Shown here: positions 12,501 through 24,900 of the stretch, in pieces
Position numbering within the stretch: the first letter of the stretch is position 1
Layout: each line of letters starts with the position of its first letter
NCBI GenBank assembly: GCA_977016875.1
Contig: CDRNST010000144.1
Span: 3,100,001-3,164,000, forward strand
Direction of reading: 5' to 3'
Length of the DNA: 64,000 nucleotides
Origin: Pavona decussata
Taxonomy: Eukaryota
The notes under the pieces: generated by a model
The model's database searches: none
What the model was told of the DNA's origin: nothing
Seen by the model: only the letters and a program-made list of their open reading frames with translations
Made by a program: the position numbers and the translations under genes

Positions 12501-15500
12501 CCTTATGAATATCCCTGGGCCAGTAGCCATATACCCAATGGTGAAGACACGCACTGTGCTAGAATGTACTTGAAGCCTAAGAACGACAAATGTTCGTTCG
12601 TGTATGATGACATAGACTGCAAAAAATTCACAAGACGAATGGTTGGATACATTTGTGAGAGGCATGTTGGCTGTCATAATGAAAAAGGTATGGAAGAAGA
12701 ACTGCGTATTTGAATTTACTGATGCTGTAATTAAGACTTAACTATTCGAAACTTCACTCAAGAAAATGAGAGATCAATTTTAAAACTCCTATATAACATT
12801 ACGCTAAGCCAGGACAAGATATTTATATTAATCCAAAACTTAAGCTTCCTTAATGTTGACGTCTGATGATATTATAGTGTTGGGAAAATCAAATTTCCTA
12901 CACTCAGCTTTCCTCTTATAATTTATTAAAATAAACAAGACACATTATTTAGGTCGCTATCATCGCAAATTAAGAGAATCCTTAGGTAGTATGAATGTGT
13001 CATATTTCTGTATCAAGAAATGTTTTTAAGAGCTTCAGAACAACGATACGTAAACCTGCTTTCCATTTTTTTTTGTTTTGTTTTTTTTTTTGTTTTGTTT
13101 GATCATTGCTCTCTAGGACTAAAAACGCTTTTCAGACATTCATCCAGACGGCACTCTGAACGCACCAGTTCCTTTCCCAGGTCTCAGATATGTTTGTACA
13201 AAAAAAAAAGTCTTGAGAAAAGGTTATCAGCTGTATAAAAAACAAGAATGATTAAGACAATTTATCTTAAAGATGCTTTACATACATTTTGTGTTCTTTG
13301 CTTATTGTAAAATCTTTAGCCAAAAATGGAACTACAGAAAAACAGCAATCAACGAGGTTTTCCACACTCAAACCGTTGGCAAGTACATCGACAATACAAT
13401 TAACATTATCCACACCGTACCAAACTACCAAGCTACCAACAGGTAAGATAATCTGATGTTTATTAGCTTCCCCTTCACATGACGATTATCACTCTTGGCG
13501 TAATCATTTTTTTTTTTATTCAGAATCACTTGCACCAGAAAATTCAATATCATCCACATAAACTTCAGGTCAAAAAGTGTTTAATACATTATTGCGTCAG
13601 TAGTGTATTTATATGAAATGAGGCTGGTTTACACACTGATGAACAACTTTTCTTTAACAATCCAAGTTTTATGACAATTTCTACTTCATTTATGCCAGAA
13701 ATTGTCTCTCACAGGCTATATCCGTCCGCGTAAACTACTGACAAGCTTCCCTAAAAAGTTTGCTTTATGGCCACAACAGATCAGATTCATTTGAACATGA
13801 GCACTGCGTGAGCCAAATATCACCTACCTGTATAAGACGACATACCGTATACCAGTCTAGGAACGCGAAATATCGGATACATTTGCGAGAAACCACTTTA
13901 CTGTTACGGCGAAAAAAGTTTACCATACTGAACGATGCAGCCTTGAGTCTTTTGATACTACCGATGCTTTCATTCGAAAACGATCTCGAAAGATCGAATA
14001 AAATTCAACACGAACGCAAGACTAATTATTGAAAGTAATCCGTGTATTGGGATTTCATTAATGATGCCATTCAGGTCTACTGCGGTGTCCTGGAAAATAG
14101 ATTTTCTCCTCATTTGGGTCTCCTCTCTGATTGTAATTATTTTGAATCATTTAGGCGGCTATATATTGCCAATCAATGTAATTAATGATAACCAAACTTT
14201 AAAACAAGGAGATCTTTGAGGACATCAATGCAACGAGCGATTACTTTTTTCTTTACGCTCTTGAATATAATAGAGTTGTTTCTTTATTGAGGAAACAAGG
14301 TACAAAATAACGCTGATAGGCTTTACTCGCAGATTATCTGCTGTTAAAAAAAATCTGGAAAAAAAAAAACAAGGGAAAAAAAAAAGAAAAGTCTAAGGGG
14401 CGGTTGAACTACCCGAAACCACGTTTTATTAGATTTTTTTAACAGGGAAACCATCCCAAAAAAAATTAGTTTTAAAGTTTAAGAAAGTCAATCCGTAAGT
14501 TTAGTTCTTGTTTCGTAACTGGCGCTTAATGAATATAAAGATTACTCATCGTTGTGAGCTGAATTCAATTTTATTTTTTTTTGCATGCCTTGCTCGTTCT
14601 CCTTTTCTCGTAACTACCAGGAAAGTCATTTAAGTCTCCAAATAGGTCAAGTGGGAACAGTCAAGAACAGTTTCTGATTACAGATTAACTTTACAATTTT
14701 TTCAACAAATTTTAATTTTTAGAGTTATCTCTTTAAAAAAAGTTTGTTTTCTTTTGCTCGTATGAGCGACTGACAAACTTTCATAAAAGGTTTTTCATTG
14801 TGGTCGCAGCCGATTCATGTCTATAAGAGAAACGTTTAGCTGACAAATTTTATTTTTTTCTTGTTTTTCTTTTCCTTTTCTTTCTTGAGTGTGTGTCAGT
14901 TTGATGTTGTTGTTGTTGTTTTTATTTTTTTTTTGTTGGTTTGGTGGGTGGGGGGGGGGGGGGGAACTTAGTCATATGTGAAGGACGAACATTTTTTCTG
15001 AGATAAGATATTTATGACGACCTATATTATAGTGAACGAATGATAAGCTTTTCTTTCTAGTTTTCCTAACAGAGCCTTTGCACAAGGCCAGGTTTCTTTG
15101 ACAACGCTTTTCCTCGACAAGTCTCCCTGGTTTTTCTTTACACTTCACTTTAGGATTGATTAGGAAAAGTCGCGCTACATTCTATTTCTTAACGAAGAAA
15201 AACCAAAACTAACCGTAATTTACTAGCTCAGTTTAGTTCTGATTGGTTTCATTGCGCTGTTTACGTCTCTTGTAATTGCCCAAAGTACCACTTTGGCTTT
15301 GGTTCTACGACACTCAAATTAAATCCGCTTTATAAGAAAGCCTAGCTTTATTAGACTTCTACTACGAGCAACAATGTGGACCCTGGGTGCAGGACCCTCG
15401 GAATTTGTAGTTAAACTTCAGGTAAAACGGTCATGATGTCATTACGTTATGTTTATTCTATCATTCTCCTACTAATCTTTGTCCCTTTGTTGTTGTTGTT

Positions 15501-18085
15501 GTTGTTTTAATATTCTTTTAAAACATTTAGCTCAGGAAGTCACGTCAAGTATACAGCCATCAACAAGGCTTTTCACAACCGAAATTATTTCCGTTTCTCG
15601 CGGATTACAGCCAATGGTATTCACACAACAGCAATCTGGTGAAGGTATGTGGGCAGTATACTACATATAATCAAGAGCTGACCCATTTCAGAATTAATTA
15701 TTATCTGCTTGCCTAACACCCTTAGCTTAATCCAATTAGGACTCGGGTCTTAACTCGGAAATATCATCGGACTATACTTTCCAACTGAGAAAGAATACAT
15801 ATATCTAAAGTATCTAAAACTGGCTATACAATATCATTCTTAGCAATGGTCAATTATGAACCCTAAAAGTGAATTTTACTCCAATGGTGGGGACCGGTTG
15901 TTATGGTTACGAGATATGACGCCATGGCCATAAGTCAGATATCACGCAAGGAGGAATCTCTTTTTTCTTTTAAGAAAACGGCAAACCTTTCTCGTTTCTT
16001 CAATTGAAAGTTTTTAATTAAATCTCATTCTACATGTCTAACACATAAAACGCGCTTTTTCAATCAATCTCAAAGCCATGAAAACAGCCACTTCGGTCGC
16101 CTTGTTTGCAACCTCAGAGGACCCCCACAAGGCCCAACACAAAACTTGTAATGTCAACTTCATCTTGTAGAACTACCTAGTCACAGGATGTCAACAAAAA
16201 TGCCATAAAAAAAGTCTGAAGACTTCTCTCTTCCTTTCTTTCTTTTTTCTGCTACCTAATCAGAAGCCAAACAATCAAAGACAACGCGTGCTCCGATTCA
16301 AACAGAGCGAAAACCTGGTGGATGCCTTACTTCAGAGGAACTGATGATCGCTGTATTCGTTGAAGGAGCATTGCTCATCGTGGCATTGGTTATCATTGGA
16401 ATGTTGCTGTTCAAGTTACGAGTAAAGCACAACAGTGATCAAAGTAAGTGTCACTTCTATTCGAAATAACTCTGTGAAGAAACAATTGTTTAAAGTAAGC
16501 TTTTTATTTGCTGACCCTTTTAGTGGGACTTATCTTCAGAAATATATATTGTGGCCGGAATACAGTTCAAACAATTGGAATCGTTCATTGGCCAAAAAGA
16601 AAAAAAAAATGGAAAAACTAACGAACAAAACAAAAGTCCGAAAGCAAGGCCCAGTATATGGTTTCGCGACCGCAGCTTGTTGCAAATCCATGGACTAGCA
16701 ATCCACAAATTTCAGCTTCATTATACATGCCACTGGTTAATAAACAAAGGGTTAGAATACAACATACGTTTATCTTTTTAAACGCTCTTATATCTAATTT
16801 CATTGCTCTTTTCCTAGATGAAAGAAACATAGCTGCTAAAAGGTATGTTCTTCTACTGAAATCAAAAACCTCGTACTTAGTTAAACGTAACTGACGAAGT
16901 TGTGTAAATAAAGCCTGAAAGAATCCAAGCAGTGCTGACCATCTGATCTATCATGATCAAGCCAACTGGCGGTGCTGTTTGTGATATTCCCAAGACGAAT
17001 AGACGAGGGTTAATAAATGAAATTAAGATTAAAAGACATGGGCTGAAGCCTGTTCAAGCGGTTTTTTTTTTTTTTTTTTTTTTTTCAGCCTTCATTTTCG
17101 CCGTTGCTTGAGTTTTGTACATAACTGCGATGGGCTTCCACGTCTTTAAATTGTTTATCCGCTGTTGAAATATATGATAGGTCATAAATGTACTCTACAA
17201 ATGTCAATCAAGAGGATTTCAATGGAAGAATAATTCAATCAGTCATTTAATTTACCACTTTTTCATGATTTTACAGACATGCTGAGTTGTTTAGAATTTT
17301 TTTGCTTTAGTAAACTTCGATCAAATTTTATTCTTAAATAACAGACAGACATAAAACCAGAACGCATGAGAACATACGCTACTCAGCAGATCATTTCGGA
17401 TTTAATACATTGAAATCAGCGTGTACGGTTTACAGACAAAGAGAAATTAAGGCAGTCGTTGGCTTTAGCACACTCAACAGGCTTTTGACGCATTTGTACT
17501 CTTTAAAGGCAGTTCAGGCGCTTGTAGCCTTGATCCCGAACTTAATCTTGTATGTATGTATTTATCTGGGTATTGCTTCAATCTTCTTGCTGCAGGTTAC
17601 AGGTATTGCTTGTTTATTCATAATTTATCTGTATTTACTACATTCAGCAGCAATCAGCTTGAAGAATCACGTGAGAATGTCTCATTACTCAATCCAGGGA
17701 ATGCAGCAAGACAGCTTGGTTTGTCAGTTGAAGCAGGAGATGGTAGTAATGGAGCTACTCTCCAATTAACTGCGCCACCTTGCATAACTGAGGGTGGATA
17801 TGCCGTGCTCAGTCCACGTACAAATGTAAGTTCAATATCACTAGACCTAAGCCAGGGAAAAACAAGCTTATTGCACAACTGTGTTTCTACGATCGATACT
17901 ACGATGTACCTTTACGTTCGCTATTAAATGAAGCCCGAAGTTCCTATTTGGAGGTTAATTAAAAAGACTGATCGGCTGACTATCTGACTGGCTGACTGGC
18001 AGAGCGAATGTTGAATGATTGCCTGGTTTGCCGATTAAACTGCTTGCTCGCTGTTGCTCGCTGTGTGCGAGACTCACTGAATGAC

Positions 18086-18174
<89 letters not shown>

Positions 18175-18347
18175 AACGCCGCTTAATTTGTGGAAATCTT
18201 TTTTTTTTCTTTATTTTTCAGACGTCGGAGGGCGATTTCTACGCACATCTATTGCCATCTAAACAAGAAATCAGAACCAGTGCTGACTGCAGTGAGACAC
18301 CCACATATGCCAACGAAACGGCTATGCACGAATACATGAATGTGTGA
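9516..18347 (+). CDS. Gene A: type-I membrane C-type lectin receptor (signal, CTLD, Ser/Thr stalk, TM with Glu, ITAM-like tail), ~424 aa, 8 exons
   Basis: Exons 9516-9597, 12241-12687, 13320-13442, 15531-15644, 16264-16443, 16818-16842, 17648-17825, 18222-18347. All are GT-AG, in frame and total 1275 nt. Paralogous exons with the same boundaries occur in genes B and C. Confidence 0.85.
10700..11170 (+). mobile_element. Degraded CR1/L2-type LINE RT C-terminal fragment
   Basis: Remnant peptides RLVLEYTC and DDIEQIQKRYLKIIFP resemble the RPxLEY...IExVQKRALRII signature. Confidence 0.5.
11513..11701. mobile_element. Harbinger-type MITE
   Basis: TIR GGGTGCTTACCATTTG/CAAATGGTAAGCACCC, 3-bp TSD CTG; the paralogous intron of gene C (~43762) is empty. 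Confidence 0.8.
12241..12687 (+). CDS. Gene A CTLD exon
   Basis: W..S...C....[20 protein letters not shown] (WIGL motif), WTW, PW...IPN, HC, YDDIDC, YICE; phase 1-1. Confidence 0.92.
16264..16443 (+). CDS. Gene A transmembrane exon
   Basis: EELMIAVFVEGALLIVALVIIGMLLF followed by basic KLRVKH; cag acceptor, gtaagt donor. Confidence 0.88.
17030..17190 (+). repeat. SINE-like dispersed repeat remnant (paralog ~32755-32900)
   Basis: T-run followed by TTCAG...CATAACTGCGATG...TCCGCTGTTGAAATATATGA. SINE assignment is recalled resemblance only. Confidence 0.35.
17648..18347 (+). CDS. Gene A cytoplasmic exons (17648-17825, 18222-18347) with ITAM-like motif
   Basis: Spliced product ...EGGYAVLSPRTN/TSEGDFYAHLLP...TPTYANE...EYMNV*; conserved in gene B. 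Confidence 0.82.
18086..18174. repeat. (GATT)n microsatellite
   Basis: About 22 perfect units. Confidence 0.97.
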
Positions 18348-19899
18348 GCCTAAATTTTTTTGACTACCCTTGATCTTTAACAGATTGGGAAAAGTGGTCC
18401 CCTTTTAACCAGAGAAATTTGTTACTTAAAAAAGAGTATTGGTATACATTTTTTTCTAGCCAAAATTTGAATAATGTGCAAGAGCATCGATGGATAAGTG
18501 TAATCTCGATATAACAAAGTAATGATCAAATGGAAACTCTAGGTTGATTTTGCTGTATGGGGCACAAAAGATGCACGACCATCAAGAAGGATCAACAGTA
18601 AAATAAAGAAATACGTGAAAATAAACTGTAAAATCCCCGGCTTCAAACCTTCGAATGATATTTTACATTTGTTTGCCTAAAAGATTAAGTCTTGAGGAGA
18701 AATGAATAGGGCACGCCATTAGCAAGCCGAAGGGATAACATCATCAGGAAGAAAGACAGGGATGTTAAGAAACACCTGCATGTGTAACACCGAGGAAAAA
18801 TTAAGCTGTGGAATAAGCTGGAATGAACTTGCAAAATAAACACAGGATGTTCTCGCCGCTGGTCTCAAAAGGCCTAACTCCTAAAGCGTTTTTTTTTTAT
18901 GCTACAAAGTCACTGATCTTTTGAGTTTAGCTTTTTAATAGATTTTTAGTTTCAGTAGTTCTTACGTCTTACAGTACCTGATGTAATGCGCGTGTGAATA
19001 TGTACATGTAGAACATGGGCAATACATATTAAATAATTATTATAAATGTGATAACTTATTTCAGCTGTTGGATTATTTCTTTGGTTTTGACAACTGTTCC
19101 AAGTTATAGATATCGTTATGTTCCCTGAAGAATGTGTAGAATGATCTTCATCTCTTCATAGTAATTTACCTAAACGAGAAGGTCACCTGGAAGAATACTT
19201 TTAAAATTAGCACGAGTACGATGCGAATTTTCTCGCTGTAAAAATATGACACCAGGACCGGTCAATCACTTGCAAATAAACGACGGTGACCGAATTCTCT
19301 AAAATACTCTGAACAAGTTCCTTATTAGAGGGGAGGAAAAGTTGGGGAATTTTTGAAATATTTATTAAAACATTTTCTTATTCAACGCGTTGAATAATTA
19401 TTTAAGAATGAGAAATTGTATTCAATAAATTTCGCATCTTTCTTCAACAAATAAGATTTTTATTCAACATTTTTAATATTTGTTCAGAAACCTCCCTTAA
19501 TGCACTCTTTTAGGGTTCAACACGATTAAGTGATGTCTTTATCCTACTCGCAGCTCTAAGCCCCAACGGCCAGATTGAAGCAGCCAAATATAGCTGGGAT
19601 TCTCCCGCGGTTTCCTCTAATAAGGACACCCACTTCATCAAACACCAAATTCGAAGATCTACCTAAGCTCTCCGGTAGAAGTCTCTTACTCCATCTACCG
19701 TACTAGATTCAGTGGAAACTTGAAGCTGGCCATGCACGTTAGCAAAATCTGTCCAGGCCCGCCTCTCTACTGGGAGAAGTGCGTGACGAGCCCATAGAGC
19801 GTTTGCGCTAGGAGGCTTTCAAGTCCAGGGGTAATAACGCATGCTCGGAAATCATGATAAACCGCAAGGCGTTGTCTCGCACCATTGCTTTCATTACTT

Positions 19900-19930
<31 letters not shown>

Positions 19931-21975
19931 ATAACCCAATTTTATAAGCCACAGGGTATTTTGAATCATTAATAACGCATACGTGCAAAGAAGAGCGGCG
20001 CGTTTCGTCGAAAGAGAACACAAGAACACAAATCTCCAGGACATGATTGTCGAAAAGTTACCGCACGACCTCAATTGTCATCGCTTGAGAAACTGAAGAT
20101 AGGACAGCTCGTCTTACAATTGCTTAAAGGGCATAAGTAAGAGCAGCCGGGCCGTGTCACTGCCTTCTTACTGATATAAACAAGCCACTACTACTATAGA
20201 AAACTTAATACAAAAACCAAAACGAATAATTCAAAATCAACTTCTTGGCAAGAGCGAAACCATTCTTCCTGCACACAATATCTGATTAACGTTCATTTCA
20301 GGTATTCAAATCATCCATTGCAAACTAATTAGAACAGACTCTTACCGTGACACATTGCTTATATTTTTTATTTACACAGATAGTTTCACAGCACCCATCT
20401 TCGCATTTATATAATTTTTTTTTACTTACACATCTGCGGCAAAGGGCTATTTTCTTTGCCGATTAAGTTTTTAGATTAGATTAAAAACGTCCAATGCCCA
20501 ATTGCTCGGCGTTTTGGCCTTTCTCATCTTTACCTGCATTGCACTTGTGCTTCTGATTATTTTCAGGTTTTGCGTCCCTTTTACTTTCAGGATTGCTTCT
20601 TGGGAGACGGTATGATGGTAAAAGAAGGTGACTGAACGTATTAAAAAAAGTTTATCTTTTTGCTAGACCTCTGTTGCTAGTTTGCTTATGTCTACGTTTA
20701 ACAGTAAGATATCCTTTTTACGTGACCTTCTTACCAAAACAACAAGTCTCAGGTATGTATTTTATTTTTAGGTGATTCTGGCTTTTTTTTTTTTTTTTTT
20801 TTTTTTTCAAGAGGACTAACCCAGAACATTGGAATTTCACTCGGTAGTAAGACTTCCCTCTCACCAAGTTTCCCGAATCTCAATTAGACGATTAGGCAAC
20901 CAGAATCACCACTTCTTTCTTCCATCCGATAAGAGACAGTGAAATTTACGTTAGCGAATTAAAAAAATGTGCTTGTCGTTTACTGTAACGTGCGCGCGAG
21001 TTAAATTGGCCATTACACAGAAAGTTCAGGTTATCAAGTATATTGACAAACACCTTCCCTCGTTTACACGACAAGGAGCCTTCAGAACAGCATTAAGCGG
21101 AGCCACATGTTTCCTGCTTTCACTATCTTGAAGTCAACGATTTAAGTTAATTCATTTTGTTTGAGATTTCACTCTAGCTCAAAAATATTAATCTCTCTTT
21201 ATTTTAATATCCAAAATGAAAACGTGCTAAATCAAAGACGAGACCTAAATTCGCACAATCCCAAACAGGATAAAACCATCAATATGAAAGGAACGCGATA
21301 CTAAACTCCCCCACCCCCCCCCCCCCCCCCCTCACACACACTTCTTCACTGCAACGGATATTAAGGTTGGCTGAAAGGAATGCAATTAACGAGAACCATT
21401 GACAACAACATAAGATGATCTGAGCTAATTACACTTCACAAAATTCTGAGTGTGTTTATTCTTTAGACAACTTTCTTCCTGTGTAGCCATTTTTGAGCAT
21501 AATTAAATATTCGGTATGCTCCGTCATGACTGCAGTCTAATGGGTGGTCATCTGAAGATCCGCATACTTCTTGTTTGGTAACAAAACCCACAATTTTCTC
21601 CTTCATAGGAATAACTTCCTGTGTCACTATTGTAAACATTATAAAAAAGTGTAAGCGAATGAAACGTCAGCTTACATTGAGTGTATCATTAAACGTGATT
21701 CACATTTGTGTTCATCTACTCATTTTATAGCCAAGTACTGACTCCACTTCCTTGTCGTTTTTATCCTTACACGGTTTTATTTATTTAGTTTTTTTTTTTT
21801 TTTTTTTAAATATAACCACATTTTTTGCGCACGTGCTTCAACTCTACCGTCACAGCTTTGTTTAAGCCCAAATGCAAATTAATGAAGTTTCAACGCCACC
21901 TTAGAATACTGACTGGCGTCTGTAGTTCGCTATTTCGCTTTTGTTGCTCGTTGTTCCTTGGTTGACCCTGAGCTA

Positions 21976-24900
21976 ATGACTATAATGGAAAATCTACGCC
22001 TAGTAGTCGCCATTGCAGAGATTCTTGTGATAACTTTCAATGTACAAGGGAATACTGGTAAGTTAACTGAGTTCAGTAAGGGGCGGACCATTAGAAATCA
22101 CGGGAGGGGGTGTTGAGGTAAAATTTTTCAGTGGATGAATTTTCTTTTAGTCCAATTTGTCTGCATGTCTTTTTTTTCGACGTGGAAGCTCTGCACGATT
22201 TTTTTTCGACAGAACTTCTTTCAATATTAAAAGCATGCAAAGCTCCGCACAGTTTTATTGCAGTACCTTTTAAGGTGACAGTCTCTTTGGAGTCTCGATT
22301 TTCGCGAAATCCGAGTATCGCGATTATCGAGAAAGAAATGAGCCACTAAAGGTATCGCACCTCATGACTCGAGGGACGTTTTTTCACTTGTCAAGGAAAC
22401 TCGGCTTCATCGTGTTGGTCAATGCCATTCTTTAAATCGAACCAAAAGCGATAAGCGTGAGAAGTTCGAAGGCAATATAGTAGTTATATTCAGTGTTGTT
22501 TTCTCGGTCGAAGATAAAAACGTCTTGTCCAATCGACAAATGGATCGTGCTTTAAAGAGTTCACAAAGCATTCGATAATTTTCACAGCAACAACTCTGCC
22601 ATTGCTACCCCATACCTGAGAGAAATGCTAACACTCATTCTCAACAAAAATTATTTCCAATTCATTGGAAGGAACTACCTCCAAATACTTGGTACTGCCA
22701 TGGGCACAAAAATGGCCGTTTCTTTCGCAAAAATTTTTATGGTCGACAATGAAACAAAATTGTTAGCCAAAGCGTCGCCGTAAAATCTACAGTTTGGAAA
22801 CGTTATATCTTTTCTCTGTGGGACACCAGTAAACACGATATAGAACGGTTCATCCGGTAAGCAAACTCATATCATCCAACAATCAAATTTACGGCTGAAA
22901 TCCCAAATGCTGAGACTACATTTTCGGATACAGTTGTATACAAAGGCAATCGATTCCATCATCATTCCATAGTGGATATTAAAAAACATTTCAAGCCGAC
23001 TGAAACCTTTTGACAATACATGCATGTTTCCTCTAGCCACCCACCAGGAGTCAAAAAAGGATTTGTTAAGGGCGACGCCCTAAGACTCCTAAGAACAAAC
23101 TCAAACAACATTTGAAGAAAAAATTAAAAAGTTTAAATCACGACTCCTTGTCAGAGGCTACCCAAATAGTCTGATTAAAAAAAATATCAGATGTCAAATT
23201 AAAAAAAAAAGGTAATCGGCATTGGAGCAAACAGACAACATCTCAAACAAATATTGCCTTTCGTAACAATATCAACCATCGTGCCCAACCTCAAACATGT
23301 TTTAATGGGAAAATGCAAAACCAGCCTTTCCAACGGGAAATCTTCAAAGAGTCACCATTAATTTCCTTAAAAAAGGAAGATCTATAATATAAATGACGTG
23401 CTTGTCAGAGCAAAAATATAGAGAGGTTACACTTCAAAAATGTTAAATTCATTGTTAGAAGTCGCGCAGGCCTGTCACCCCTTGCTATTTCCTACTCAAA
23501 AGAAAGATTGTTGAAGGTTTGCTTTAGTAAAGTTGTTTTATATTTCTTCTACATTTGAAATACCGGTATAATTCTCCATAAATGAGTAGGAGATCAGATT
23601 GTTGCATTGTCACTTCTAAGAACATTAATACATGTATGTGTTAAAATGATAGAAGGGCAGGTTATGTTCTTGATATGTACAGTAAAACTACTTGACGTTG
23701 TGTTTTGATATATTTTTTTTTTGATGGTGAACTGCTTGCAGAATTTTTTTTTTTTGGGGGGGGGGGAAGGGGGGGGGGAATTTTCCTTAGCAGGAATTTT
23801 TTGGGGGGATTTATTTGATTAAGTAACTATATAACCATTCATCAACCCATTGTGGAGCTTTACTTTGATCACTACAGTATTGTTTGGGATGGTATTAGCG
23901 ACAAACTAGCCGATAAACTTCGAAAATTACTAAATAAAGAAGCACGCGCGAGCACACAAGCATAGATATCAGGGCACCAACAAAACAAATATTAAACGAA
24001 CTTGGATGCTCACTGAATCTAAAGTAGGGGGAAGTAAACAAAAAGCCCTTACGCACTAGTTTATTCAAAATATACTTTCTGCAAAAATATAGAAACCTCC
24101 GTCTATAACGAAACTTAAGGGCTATTATTGCCATACCGAGATCGGCAACAGATTAATACAAAAAAAAAGGTTTCTTTTCAGTCAGGAGCTCGAATATGGT
24201 ATGCACTACCAAATGATATGAAATGTGAGCGCTCCCTTGAGATTCGTAAGAATATACTGAAATCTCAGTACTGATTCTTAAATAAATGAAGACTTTCCGC
24301 TTTTTATTGTTTTTAAATAATTAGTTCAACTTGTTAACAATCAATTATAATTAATTTATTGTAAATAGTATCCTTTTATGGTTGTTACATAATTGTGGTA
24401 ACCTAAAAAAAATCACATTGTATTTTTGAAACACAACTCATTGTTGCTATGTTTCAGTTAAACGTGAGATACAAGATAACTCATGATTTAAATTAAGCCC
24501 CCTTCCCCCTTCTTGTTGAGGTTCGAAAATAAAACAAGTTTTTACAGTGTAAGTACTTGTTTAAGATGTTGACTTTCGCTTGTTTTATTTCATTTCACTT
24601 TTTAAGGTCGACGTCATTTGGAAACATTTGAATCCAATTGTTCGAGATACACTGTTTATAGACCATTCAGTAAACAACAGCGAACCCGTTGGAATGAGAG
24701 CTTGTATTTATGCCATCTGAACAATGGCCATCTTGTTTCCATTGAAGACGAAAAGGAAATGAATTTTTTATTTGAGAAACTTCAACCGAAAAGGTACCCG
24801 AGAATGGAATATTTTATTGGCCTGAGAAAACGCTCTGGGAAATGGACATGGATAAGCAACGACAGTATTGAGGTGGTACCTTATCAATATCCCTGGGCCA

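Larger units (their letters stand above)
15420..22080 (+). repeat. Segmental duplication unit (A stalk/TM/tail, 3'UTR, spacer, next promoter and signal exon), paralogous to ~31280-41345
   Basis: Collinear non-coding similarity, e.g. 18350-19350 vs 34045-34950, 19380-20290 vs 36420-38740 (minus insertions), 20810-22060 vs 40005-41340. Confidence 0.88.

Noticed and set aside
17410-17769. 119-aa hydrophobic ORF (paralog 33293-33475)
   Set aside because: Wrong frame relative to the spliced exon and mostly intronic.
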